This document shows positions 9,606 through 19,347 of a stretch of 39,937 nt of DNA, piece after piece. Both the position numbers and the translations under genes were made by a program. The notes below the pieces were generated by a model. That model did not search any database, was not told the DNA's origin, and saw only the letters and a list, made by a program, of their open reading frames with translations. Origin of the DNA: Candidatus Latescibacterota bacterium (GTDB lineage: Bacteria; Latescibacterota; UBA2968); the NCBI GenBank assembly GCA_038279365.1, contig JAYODI010000056.1:1-39937 (forward strand). Direction: 5' to 3'. Each line of letters starts with the position of its first letter. The first letter of the stretch is position 1.

Positions 9606-10862
9606 TTAATTGGACAAATCGTAATACTGCGAACGGATATAGCGCTGTTTCAAAATCTTGACCAACATATTCAAAACTGCAGCGCCAGGAATGGCCACAA
9701 TCATCCCCACAATCCCCCAAAAGTGTGCCGATATAACCAATGCAAACATGACCCAAGCAGGGTCCAATCCCACCTTGCTTCCCACCACCCGAGGTGATAA
9801 AAAGTTGCCCTCTATGTTTTGAACCACCACAAAAACCCCAATGACCTTAATCAAATTGATAAGAGGGTCGGCATCTAACAACACAACCAAAGAAGTAACC
9901 CCCAAAGAAACAGCAATCCCCACAAAAGGAACAAGATTTGACAACCCAGTAAACAGCCCCAAAAGCACAGAATACCGAATATCAAAAAAGGCCAACCCCA
10001 ATGCCGTTAACCCTGCCACAAAACCACAGACCAAAAATTGACCACGCACATAATTGCCCAACACCTGATCAATGCGTCCAAGCACATCAGCCGTGCCTTC
10101 AACATGTTTTCGTGGCAACAGAGACAACAAGCTCCCCTTAATGCGTTCAAAGTTTTTCAAAATATAATAGGTCACAAATGGAATCAGCGTCATATTGAGC
10201 AATGCGGCAATGCCCGAAGTAAGCCCTTTGAGCAAAGAGGTGGCTTGTGTGGCAAACAGCTTTCCTATTTCGGGCAGTTGTCCCAATACCTTTTCTTGTA
10301 TGTCGCCCGTAGAAATAGCGTATCCTTGTTCCAAACCAAATGCAACCAAGCTGTTGTAATGATCCTTCAAAATATCACCATATCGGGGTAGCTGTGTCAC
10401 CAAGTCGCCTACTTCTTGAATCACCACAGGAATCAATACCACCCCAACTGTCGTAAGGCACCCCAAAAGCAAGAGCACCACCACACCAATGGCAAGTGAA
10501 CGCGAAATCTTTTTTTCTAAAACCTTTACCAAGGGTGCAAGCAAATAAGCCAAAATAAATGATGTTACAAAAGGCCACAAAATGCCTGCCAATTCATTTA
10601 AAAACCAAACAAAAATGAGAACCCCAACCACACTGCCCGCACCCGCTTCAAAATAGGCACCACTTCGCACAAGCCATAACAATATGACAATAATGCTACC
10701 AATTAAAAATGGAGACAAACTCTCCTGCATGGTATAAAGCAGTGCCACCATAAAAATCAACATCAACACCCGAAAAAACGGACGTCCTTCAATTACTGTT
10801 TTATTTTCGTCTTTACCAGCACCCGTTATTTGTGGTTTCACATGTTCATCTTCCGTCCCCAT
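9606..10862 (-). CDS. AI-2E family transporter (PerM-like)
   Basis: PF..S.ILAYLL.PLV, YVRGQ, LVPFVG, QNIEGNFLSPRVVG..VGL.P; AGGAGG before ATG 10862. Confidence 0.9.
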   Translation of the reverse strand: MGTEDEHVKPQITGAGKDENKTVIEGRPFFRVLMLIFMVALLYTMQESLSPFLIGSIIVILLWLVRSGAYFEAGAGSVVGVLIFVWFLNELAGILWPFVTSFILAYLLAPLVKVLEKKISRSLAIGVVVLLLLGCLTTVGVVLIPVVIQEVGDLVTQLPRYGDILKDHYNSLVAFGLEQGYAISTGDIQEKVLGQLPEIGKLFATQATSLLKGLTSGIAALLNMTLIPFVTYYILKNFERIKGSLLSLLPRKHVEGTADVLGRIDQVLGNYVRGQFLVCGFVAGLTALGLAFFDIRYSVLLGLFTGLSNLVPFVGIAVSLGVTSLVVLLDADPLINLIKVIGVFVVVQNIEGNFLSPRVVGSKVGLDPAWVMFALVISAHFWGIVGMIVAIPGAAVLNMLVKILKQRYIRSQYYDLSN

Positions 10863-11176
10863 ACCGCCTCCTTTCAAAATCGAAAAACAAGAATCTTACA
10901 CTCCAATATGTGTAAGCTTCCCATTTTCATCAACCCCTAAAAAGAATGACAACCAATTCATAACAAACGACATTTTGTCTTACCAACACCAAATACATGA
11001 CAATTTGACGTTTGCAAATTGCCCAACACCACCACCAACACACCAGCACAAGCGTGGCATAAAGCTTGCGTACCCTAAAGAGGCATCGGCATGTATTTGG
11101 GAACACAGCAATAACATCGTCTTGATGATATCCAACACCATATGCTTGCACATCTTCAATTAGGAAATACCCCATC

Positions 11177-12034
11177 ATGAACATAACTGTTTTTATCGCG
11201 CTCTGTACTACGCTGTTATCTACCCAGCCAACAGAAGCAAATCCACCCGACACCCGACTCACAACCACAATTCCAACAAGACCTGCACAGGCAATTACAG
11301 GATATGAGTTTGCAAAAAAAACCACAGGTTGGTCTGGAAACAAACGTCAACAAGAAGCGCTCAAAGAACTGAGGCGGGGCAACATACCCAACTTTTTGCG
11401 TACCTTAAAACCAGTACGCCTCACGTATAAACCCGACAATCAAGACACCCTCATTGCCATCATTTACGTCATGCCCGACTACATTGCCATTGGTTCAGAC
11501 GAAAACTTCTTGCGCATCCCTCTCACTTATTCTTCGGCCACAACCATTGCCCGAGAATTTGGTTTTTCCTTGCCCACCCGCAAAATTGTTGATGCCATTT
11601 ACGAACAAGCCACATGTCACCTCAAACCCGAGCCTCTTCCCCCTGGCATAAAAATGCGATCCAGTGAATATTATTTGATGCACCGCCAAAAAATTAAAAC
11701 CCAACGCCAGCGAGAAGGTTGCAAACTTGGAGAACTGATTGCAGGGCACAAAAAAGACGTGGTTATCACAAATCGCTTACGCAAAAAACCAGGGCGCATT
11801 GCCATTTATGGTTGGCAACGTCTAAATGGATATCCCATTCAACCCTTAAGCACCATTCACGATGCCGAATATGCCGACTACAGCCACGGCATACGTTTGG
11901 TTGATCAAACCGTTTGGATCAACGGCACACCACAATCCATCTTCGATGTACTCAAAAACCCAGCACTGGGTCCCATATTAACCTATGAAGGTGAAATCCC
12001 ATCTCCCCGCGCACTCATGGGCATAAAAAAATAG
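11177..12034 (+). CDS. Secreted conserved hypothetical protein, possibly a divergent FGE-sulfatase/C-type lectin fold
   Basis: Signal peptide; motifs AREFGFSLPT, AGHKKDVV, IAIYGW, PIQPLSTIH, YADYSHGIRLV; AGGA RBS. Confidence 0.75.
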   Translation: MNITVFIALCTTLLSTQPTEANPPDTRLTTTIPTRPAQAITGYEFAKKTTGWSGNKRQQEALKELRRGNIPNFLRTLKPVRLTYKPDNQDTLIAIIYVMPDYIAIGSDENFLRIPLTYSSATTIAREFGFSLPTRKIVDAIYEQATCHLKPEPLPPGIKMRSSEYYLMHRQKIKTQRQREGCKLGELIAGHKKDVVITNRLRKKPGRIAIYGWQRLNGYPIQPLSTIHDAEYADYSHGIRLVDQTVWINGTPQSIFDVLKNPALGPILTYEGEIPSPRALMGIKK

Positions 12035-12055
12035 CGGCACAAACAGTGTCGCTAT
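12031..12055 (-). terminator. Intrinsic terminator between convergent genes, ending the minus-strand operon
   Basis: atagcggcac-aaaca-gtgtcgctat hairpin next to an A run (U tract on the minus strand). Confidence 0.55.
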
Positions 12056-12081
12056 CAGGGCTATTTAAAACCTAAAAGAGG

Positions 12082-13086
12082 TTATTCACCCACCGTCTTG
12101 CAACATCTAAATCCCAAATGATAATTGTGATGACTGTCTTTATCCATCACCCGACTGCCATGCCAAAACGGTGCACGCCACCGGCACCAATCTTCATGAG
12201 CCCGATAGGTATCCCAAATAAACCAACTGCCTTTCATCTCCGTATATCCCAACTGTTGGCTGCCATTGCTGGCCATTTGATCGACAGCAAGTGGCAAATT
12301 CATATGTTCGGCAGCATTGCCATTGATATCGTAAACACCCAATGCGCTATGACATTCAGGGAAAAAACCAACGGGATAGGTGTTTGAGCCACATTTTGTC
12401 CATTCGCCACCAGCACAATCCGCACTCTTAGAACTACCTGTAGCACAGATCTCTCTGCGATATTCAGGCCCATAACTCCATCCTTTAGATGCCTGATACC
12501 ACACATTATGCGCTTCTCGCATTTTGCGCACCCCCACCGATGGCGTAACATTTTCTGCCAGTGCAAACCGATAGTCAGGTGCTTCCAAAGCACCTGCACA
12601 CCCACCCTCCCACTCATGAGCATCACACATGCGCTTGCCCATTACTGCACAAATTTCAGCGGCTTCTTTTGCCCGCACCCACACCACCGGATAGGCACAA
12701 GGTATATCGGGAAACTCAAATTGGTCAATACACACCTTCGCATCTTCCATCTTTTGCGTTTTGGGGTTGTAAAGGGGGGCCATATACTTGCCGCCACAAA
12801 TTTTCTCAAAAGCCTCATTCTCATAATGAACATGTGCACCGCCTAACTTTGCCTCACAGTCTTCAGATGTAACAGGGTGTTTGGTAATGGCAGGATTGCC
12901 CTGCCCAATATATCCCGAGCGCATAAAAATGGTACGCAAGGCCACCATTTGCGAATCGCTCAAGCCATGAACGGTTTGAATCTGGCGCAACAACACATCA
13001 TTTTGCGTGGCCAAAACAACGTTTTTTTGCGCTTGCACATTTCCTATAAATAGGCCAACCACCAAAAACAACATCCCCCATTTCAT
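12082..13086 (-). CDS. Secreted Cys-rich SUMF1/EgtB/PvdO (FGE-sulfatase domain) protein
   Basis: CIDQFEFP, GKRMCDAHEWE, GVYDINGNAAEH, KGSW, GFRCC; signal peptide (VQA-Q). Confidence 0.8.
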   Translation of the reverse strand: MKWGMLFLVVGLFIGNVQAQKNVVLATQNDVLLRQIQTVHGLSDSQMVALRTIFMRSGYIGQGNPAITKHPVTSEDCEAKLGGAHVHYENEAFEKICGGKYMAPLYNPKTQKMEDAKVCIDQFEFPDIPCAYPVVWVRAKEAAEICAVMGKRMCDAHEWEGGCAGALEAPDYRFALAENVTPSVGVRKMREAHNVWYQASKGWSYGPEYRREICATGSSKSADCAGGEWTKCGSNTYPVGFFPECHSALGVYDINGNAAEHMNLPLAVDQMASNGSQQLGYTEMKGSWFIWDTYRAHEDWCRWRAPFWHGSRVMDKDSHHNYHLGFRCCKTVGE

Positions 13087-14804
13087 TGAAGTGAACTCCT
13101 CAGCAAGTAGAAAAAATCGCGATTGTCGGCATATCCCACAAAACGCGGAGCCACTTGCCCCTGATTCACTTTGTCTAACACACTCATCCCTTTTATCAAA
13201 TGTTGGACAACAAATGGGCCATCCTCAGGATTTGGATACACAGACAAATATGTATGCTCCAATGCATTCATATCTGTAAGCATCGCATAACGGCACCCAT
13301 AGCCTTGAAAAACGCGCGCCATTGCCGATGGCGTTGCTGTGGAAAAATAACCGTAGATCAAAAAACGGCGACCATCACTTTCGTGCAATCCTACCCCCCC
13401 ACGCAAAGTGCGATAACTCCCACTGGCCGACCCCGACCAGTTTCCCGACTCAGAAGCCACAACAAATGGGCTTGGCCTTGAGGTGCGCGATACGGCATCA
13501 TATTCAACAATAGGAACCCCATTTTGTCGTGCAAAACGAATATGTTTCAAGCCGGTTGTATCTGCCTCAGACCAAGTCTTTAGATCGACTGTTCCGTCAT
13601 TGTAAATGACCACAGTCGCCAACCCAGGCTGCAAGCGGCTCATAATGACGCCGTTTTCCATAAACCCATAATGACTGCCATGGTTCTTGGTTGCCAAGTC
13701 GCCTCTAAGAAATGCGCCATGATAGCGTTTGAACCCACCCGTAAATGCCGCCACAACCAAATCGCCCCATTCTGGGTTCACCATGCCCGTGTTGACCAAT
13801 GGAGCCACCGTAGCAATACCATCTGGGCCCGGTAGGGCAGGGTCTTTCATTTCTGGCAACATCCGATCCGACCAATTGACTTGCGGGTGTTCTGTTCCCA
13901 TAGCAAATCGCAAATCAAACTGTGACAAATCAAAAGCCACCAAATAACAAAGGGCTCCAGCCTCTACCTCATCCAAAGGTTTGACCCGTCCCTTTTGCGC
14001 CATCACCACATCATTGGAAATAAGTTTGGGCTCAACCGCACTCACAAACACACCTGCCAATCCCACCAACGGATACCAACGCCCAGCCAGCATACGATTG
14101 TCGACCTCATATTTGACCTCAATGCCTAATTCTTTGGGAATCAAATATTGATTTTCATACTGCGCATCAATCAAAGGACGGGCAGGGGCATTGTCTGGTC
14201 TCCCCCTCTTTTTACTGAACTCTTTGGCTTCCACAAGCTCTGAGGTATTTAAAAACGCATCTTTATAAACCGTACCTCGTACAAATGAGGTAATTGTCTC
14301 GCCACCCGGTACATACAATCTTAAAAAATCTGTTGCCCACTCTTTCGACGTTTTGTGTCCTTTGGTAGGGTTTCGCAAATACAAACGGCCTTCACACAAT
14401 GAGACATAGACATTTCGCGACGCACGGGCCTCTTGTAAGGCTCCCCATAAGTTGCACCGAAATTTATCGGGTCCCAACACAACACCCGATGTAGTAGGGA
14501 TCTGCAATTCAACACTTTGTGTCTTGGGATAAGGGTTTTCCAAGTGATAGGTTGTTGTCTGCCCTGTAGCATCTTCCAGGCTCGCCAAATACCAAACATT
14601 CACATGGGTGTTTAAGTTTGTCAGTGTCACCTGAAAAGCATTGCCTTCTTTATCTATGCCAGTGCCTGTAGACACAAATCGAAAAGGCTGTAAATCTACC
14701 ACAGTTTTGGTCTGAGCAACACCCTCATTGACCCACACACCCAATCCAATTAACAGCAATACCAAACGCCGTATAACCATCCATAACATCATAAACCCAA
14801 CCAC
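13083..14804 (-). CDS. Secreted protein with a C-terminal phosphodiester glycosidase (NAGPA)-like domain
   Basis: AAFTGGFK, RQNGVPIV, TLRGGVG, GCRYAMLTDMN parallel the NAGPA motifs (NGGF, RTAVG, GxxxAxxLDGG); signal peptide; 4-nt overlap with the next gene. Confidence 0.55.
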   Translation of the reverse strand: MVGFMMLWMVIRRLVLLLIGLGVWVNEGVAQTKTVVDLQPFRFVSTGTGIDKEGNAFQVTLTNLNTHVNVWYLASLEDATGQTTTYHLENPYPKTQSVELQIPTTSGVVLGPDKFRCNLWGALQEARASRNVYVSLCEGRLYLRNPTKGHKTSKEWATDFLRLYVPGGETITSFVRGTVYKDAFLNTSELVEAKEFSKKRGRPDNAPARPLIDAQYENQYLIPKELGIEVKYEVDNRMLAGRWYPLVGLAGVFVSAVEPKLISNDVVMAQKGRVKPLDEVEAGALCYLVAFDLSQFDLRFAMGTEHPQVNWSDRMLPEMKDPALPGPDGIATVAPLVNTGMVNPEWGDLVVAAFTGGFKRYHGAFLRGDLATKNHGSHYGFMENGVIMSRLQPGLATVVIYNDGTVDLKTWSEADTTGLKHIRFARQNGVPIVEYDAVSRTSRPSPFVVASESGNWSGSASGSYRTLRGGVGLHESDGRRFLIYGYFSTATPSAMARVFQGYGCRYAMLTDMNALEHTYLSVYPNPEDGPFVVQHLIKGMSVLDKVNQGQVAPRFVGYADNRDFFYLLRSSLQ

Positions 14805-14809
14805 CTATC

Positions 14810-15934
14810 TTATCGCGGCTTCTGTCGCAACCGTTCCTGAAAGGTTTCAACAGAAATACCATCTACTAAAAAATGAAGCAATTGCTCACGTTTCGCTTCC
14901 GTAAAATCGAAAAAGCGACAAAAAATACTGCGTCCACCCGAGCGGATAACCTGCCCCATTTCACCAGACATAAATTCAAGTTCTGTGCCTGTCGCCTGAA
15001 TACGCACCAAATCTTCTTTGCCAACACCTTCAACAAAATCAAACCGAAACCACATACTGCTTAATGCATTGATATGCACCGACAACGTTTTAAGCACCGC
15101 CTCATCTTCAAATACCTTTGCACCTGGAGGCACAACATCTACCTGCCCTGCCGATGCCAATGCAATCTTCACATCAATATCCACCTCGCATGTAAACATC
15201 GAGTGGTCTAAATCATGATGCAAATGATCGCCATGTGCCACCAACAAAAGCGGTTCAGCGATGGTATAAACTTTTAATATTTGACTTTCAAAGCGATACT
15301 CCCCTCCTCTTGACGACCAAAAAAAACACCACAAATCGTGCCGTGACCGCAAACGGACCAGTTCTTGGTCTGCCTGTCGAAATGGCGAGAGATATAAAGA
15401 CAAATCATCCAAACCCAGAACGGTAGCCACAAGCAGTTGAAGCGTATCTTCAAATGAAACTATAGCAAAAACCTTACCACCCCGTGGCAGTTCTCGAGTT
15501 GTTGTAGGCGCAACATTTTCAGGCAAATATCGAAAGTCGATCTGCTTACGAATCTTTTTTAGCCAAGCCACTTCATCTTCCATCTTCAACCAAGGCAACA
15601 TCATGGCCTGTCGCATCCACGTGGCAACCGCCTTGTCAAAGACTGCCACAGAATCCAACAACAACCCAGGGTTTTTAAGCTTTGTGACTTCTGCGATATG
15701 TGCCAGTTTGACTTCGTCTTCAAAAGACAGCCCTTTTTCGGTTCCCAAACGCTCTAATATTTTAAAACCTCGTTCCCTATTATGCCGTTGTTGGCTTTTC
15801 AACCGCCACTTATATCCCAAATACAACAACGTCAAAACAAGAAGCATCCCGACAAAAAGCCACATATACACATGCCAATCTGTCGTATTTCGATGTTTGA
15901 GCAACTCAAAAACAGAATTGTGTTTTTCCATCAC
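14810..15934 (-). CDS. Membrane-anchored flagellar-brake/PilZ-like protein, degenerate
   Basis: One N-terminal TM helix, helical domain, YcgR-N-like YRFESQIL strand, PilZ-like tail (CRFFDF...REQL..F); no RxxxR. Confidence 0.45.
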   Translation of the reverse strand: MMEKHNSVFELLKHRNTTDWHVYMWLFVGMLLVLTLLYLGYKWRLKSQQRHNRERGFKILERLGTEKGLSFEDEVKLAHIAEVTKLKNPGLLLDSVAVFDKAVATWMRQAMMLPWLKMEDEVAWLKKIRKQIDFRYLPENVAPTTTRELPRGGKVFAIVSFEDTLQLLVATVLGLDDLSLYLSPFRQADQELVRLRSRHDLWCFFWSSRGGEYRFESQILKVYTIAEPLLLVAHGDHLHHDLDHSMFTCEVDIDVKIALASAGQVDVVPPGAKVFEDEAVLKTLSVHINALSSMWFRFDFVEGVGKEDLVRIQATGTELEFMSGEMGQVIRSGGRSIFCRFFDFTEAKREQLLHFLVDGISVETFQERLRQKPR

Positions 15935-15940
15935 ACCAAC

Positions 15941-16999
15941 CTAAATGTTACTTTCATGATGAGGTACCTGTCGAAAAAGGGATATGCCCAAAGTCAAAAC
16001 CGTTAGTGGCACCACCACAGCCAACATCGCAACCTGAAACACCTTTAAAGAAGCACCTGTTGCGGTCAAAATCAAAAACGCCATATAAAATAAATAATAC
16101 CCCAAAAACAACGCACCTTCCCACCGTGCAATCACCTGCCCAGTGAAAAAGATGGGCAAACAAGCAACTGCAACAGCCAACATAATGGGCAAGTCTGCCC
16201 ACAATGTTTGCGCAGAAACCTCGATTGGAGCAAGAGCACCTGCCACACCCAATACGCCTAACAAGTTAAAAATATTGCTCCCGACCACATTGCCCACAGC
16301 AATATCGCGTTCTCCCTTCATGCTCGCCATAACCGATGTCACCACCTCTGGCATAGAGGTACCAGCCGCCACAATTGTTAACCCGATCACTTGTTCACGC
16401 ACACCCAATAATCGAGCAACTTCTACAGCACCATCGACCAACCACCGAGCCCCAATAACCAAAAGCCCCAATCCAATGCCCACCAACCCCACACAAATAA
16501 AAATGTGCCAAAAACTGGTTTTTGAAGCAGTTGCAGTCAAGGGATCTTGCACCTGAGACTGCCGACCTTGCCACACCGTCCATAACGTGTATAGCAACAA
16601 CCCTATCAATAACCCCACACCCTCTATCTGAGAAATGTACCCATCCAAAGCCATTCCAAATACCAAAACCGACAGGCCGATCATAATGGGCACATCTATC
16701 CGTATAAGCTGCCGAGAAACCGTTAAAGGTGCAATAATTGCCGACAAACCTAAAATAAAAAGCACATTAAAAACATTGCTCCCGACCACATTGCCCACAA
16801 CAATACCCGCCTGTCCACTTAATGCCGCACGGGCACTCACAGCTAATTCAGGTGCACTTGTTCCAAAAGCCACCACAGTAAGGCCAATGGTCAACCCAGA
16901 AACACCAACAGCCGATGCCAATTTTACCGCACCACGAACCATCAAATCGGCCCCCACAATGAGTATTAGGAGCCCTCCTAAAAGAAGGACATACATCAT
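15941..16999 (-). CDS. yrbG: Ca2+/Na+ antiporter, CaCA/YrbG family
   Basis: Two alpha repeats: GTSAPE...GNVVGSN and GTSMPE...GNVVGSN. Confidence 0.92.
   Translation of the reverse strand: MMYVLLLGGLLILIVGADLMVRGAVKLASAVGVSGLTIGLTVVAFGTSAPELAVSARAALSGQAGIVVGNVVGSNVFNVLFILGLSAIIAPLTVSRQLIRIDVPIMIGLSVLVFGMALDGYISQIEGVGLLIGLLLYTLWTVWQGRQSQVQDPLTATASKTSFWHIFICVGLVGIGLGLLVIGARWLVDGAVEVARLLGVREQVIGLTIVAAGTSMPEVVTSVMASMKGERDIAVGNVVGSNIFNLLGVLGVAGALAPIEVSAQTLWADLPIMLAVAVACLPIFFTGQVIARWEGALFLGYYLFYMAFLILTATGASLKVFQVAMLAVVVPLTVLTLGISLFRQVPHHESNI
16266..16805. repeat. 39-nt direct repeat (37/39 identical) at 16266-16304 and 16767-16805 inside the antiporter
   Basis: ttaaaaa(t/c)attgctcccgaccacattgcccaca(g/a)caata. 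Confidence 0.85.
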
Positions 17000-17024
17000 A
17001 AATAACCATCCATTTTATTGATTT

Positions 17025-17981
17025 TTAATGCCCCAATACTTCCTCAACCGTTTTTACCAACTGTTCCAAAATAAGGCCACCGCGTGGGTCTTCTACCATC
17101 CCCACCAAAATATACCGCCGCCACTGCTTGCCCCACACCAACACCGAATCGGCATGCCAACGCTGCCATGTGCCCGACTTGCGATAAAGCGTTGCCGTAG
17201 GGGCAACCTCTTCTAAAGAGTGAACAAACTTGTGGTGTATTCCTGGGTCAGACATGATCTTAAGCATTTCCAAAGACCGTTGTGGGTTAATCAATCGTCC
17301 CGTTGCCAGCAAATAATAAAATCGACACACTTGTGTCACACTCGCACCATGTGAAATACTTTTTAAAGGATCACGATGAATCGCACCCGCTTTTGCATAT
17401 CGCTTGCCTACCCAAAGCCCCCCTCCTAAGCTTTGATCGTACAATTCATAACGCGGATCCATCATAACCGCATTCACCGAATCAATCCCCCCAACCCGAT
17501 CAATCATACGGGTTGCAGCTGTATTGCTCGACTTGCGAATCATAATGTTCATGTCTTTCACAACTTCTGGCGTTTCCTTCAAACGACCTTCTTCAATAGC
17601 CACAAATGCCGCAAGCAAAATGGCTATTTTGGGCAAACTTGCGGCATACATCATAGACAAACCATTTACACGCGCAAATCGAGGGTTTTCAGGATCTGTC
17701 ATATCCACCAACCCCACAGCCATTTGTTTTTTCTTAATCAACCCCATCCAAGTCTTGTTCTTGTTCAGTTTGGTCTCAAGTCGTTTCTGCAATGAATCAT
17801 CGATCGTCTCTCTCAGAGGTTGCCACAATGAATCTGGTACAATTGCAGGCAATTCAATCACGGGCAAGGCAGCCTGTGTAGGCGCACTGGCACACAACAA
17901 AATAAATATCAAAAAATACAAATGTTTTTGGGCAAGTATAAAACCCAACTTTATTCTTCTTACCACAGACCATCGATACAC
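17025..17981 (-). CDS. Class A beta-lactamase-related serine hydrolase (Beta-lactamase2-like)
   Basis: SxxK (AASLPK), SxN (SSN), KSG; hydrophobic leader; GGAGG before GTG 17981. Confidence 0.85.
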   Translation of the reverse strand: MYRWSVVRRIKLGFILAQKHLYFLIFILLCASAPTQAALPVIELPAIVPDSLWQPLRETIDDSLQKRLETKLNKNKTWMGLIKKKQMAVGLVDMTDPENPRFARVNGLSMMYAASLPKIAILLAAFVAIEEGRLKETPEVVKDMNIMIRKSSNTAATRMIDRVGGIDSVNAVMMDPRYELYDQSLGGGLWVGKRYAKAGAIHRDPLKSISHGASVTQVCRFYYLLATGRLINPQRSLEMLKIMSDPGIHHKFVHSLEEVAPTATLYRKSGTWQRWHADSVLVWGKQWRRYILVGMVEDPRGGLILEQLVKTVEEVLGH

Positions 17982-18073
17982 CTTAAACCTCCCCAAAACA
18001 TGCGCATTGCCCAGAAACCCCAACTACCCCTGAGATACATCCAAAAACACTCATAGCAAATTCAATACCTGCA

Positions 18074-19318
18074 TCAATCTCCTAAAATACGATCAATTTC
18101 CGTTGCCAACGCCTGATGATCTTCTGCCGAATTTTTGCGCAACACATTTGACATCAGTGCCACCAAATAAACTTGTCCATTTGAACGTTCCACAATTGCC
18201 ATCGAATTCATGGCATTTTCCACATTGCCCATATACTTTCTGCATTTAAAATCTGGTTCAGGTTTGCAACGATACAAACTGCCCGATTTAAAATATATGG
18301 CAGAACGTGCAATACCATAAGACGATGCATATCGAATGCGCTTTGCCGTCATATACATCAACCGCTTAATTTCCAAACTCGACCATGCATCCACCACTTG
18401 CCCAGTTTCAAGACGCATCAAAAATGTCAGCAACGCGCGTGGGTTGGCAAAACTGTTTGTGCCTTGTACCACTTGTTGGCCATATTTTGTAAAAAAGGAT
18501 CCCAACTGCCAGTCTCCTTGGCCAATGCCAATCTCTCTTAATGGGTCATTCACCACAGCAAGACCGATCTCTCGCAATTTCATCTTGGGTATTTGCCGCC
18601 AAAACAATGCTTCCTCTTCTTCAGTCGGAGGATAGGCCGTGTCAAATGCGCGCATCAACATCACTTCTTTCCAAACCGTACTCGCCGCAGAATTGGCACT
18701 GGCCGACAACATGTGATCGGTCCACTCATACAACGAAAACACATCGCCTTCTTGAATGGGTCGTGAAACAAAATAGCGATTTTCAACATCGTAAATGGGC
18801 ACTTCATGATGATCACCCAAAACCCATTTGCCTGCCGTTACCATCCTTGTCTTTAACAGTTCTTGTCGTTTGGATACGTCATTGGGATGTAACCGTTTCA
18901 ATTCGGCAAACAGACCTGCGGCAATGGCAAGCTTGCCCACACTGCCTGGTGAAAACAATCGATCTGCCTGATAGGCCGCATATCGGATGGGCCGATTGGG
19001 GGTAATCTCCATCAGGGCAATAGAATAACTTTCGTGGCGATCAGGAAAAAGGGCCTCCACCTTCTTTTGTAACACACTATCTATTGCGGGTAAACTTTTG
19101 AGCGAGTCTGCCCTGTCTACAAGATTGAGTTTGACATAAGAAAGCGGTTTATGTGCTCCCACCGTCAGCTTGGGGCCATTGATTTCACCTGCGGCAATCA
19201 ACCGTACCCGCTCCAAGCGACGAATCCCCGATTCTGCATATCCATCCATTGGATAGGCTTCAAGAGACCCCGTTACAAAACAGACCATCACAAACAAATA
19301 CAGATACACTTTACACAT
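18074..19318 (-). CDS. Second class A beta-lactamase-related serine hydrolase, with insertions
   Basis: SxxK (PGSVGK), SAN, KSG; signal peptide (LEA-YP); AGGAG before ATG 19318. Confidence 0.8.
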   Translation of the reverse strand: MCKVYLYLFVMVCFVTGSLEAYPMDGYAESGIRRLERVRLIAAGEINGPKLTVGAHKPLSYVKLNLVDRADSLKSLPAIDSVLQKKVEALFPDRHESYSIALMEITPNRPIRYAAYQADRLFSPGSVGKLAIAAGLFAELKRLHPNDVSKRQELLKTRMVTAGKWVLGDHHEVPIYDVENRYFVSRPIQEGDVFSLYEWTDHMLSASANSAASTVWKEVMLMRAFDTAYPPTEEEEALFWRQIPKMKLREIGLAVVNDPLREIGIGQGDWQLGSFFTKYGQQVVQGTNSFANPRALLTFLMRLETGQVVDAWSSLEIKRLMYMTAKRIRYASSYGIARSAIYFKSGSLYRCKPEPDFKCRKYMGNVENAMNSMAIVERSNGQVYLVALMSNVLRKNSAEDHQALATEIDRILGD

Positions 19319-19347
19319 AACAACTCCTCTCACATATCTACCATTGT

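Noticed and set aside
11177-13086. Diversity-generating retroelement targeting the C-type lectin-fold genes
   Set aside because: No reverse transcriptase and no template/variable repeat pair seen in the window.
17025-19318. Acquired antibiotic-resistance cassette
   Set aside because: No mobile-element features, no evident Glu166 motif, and the genes are embedded in an operon.
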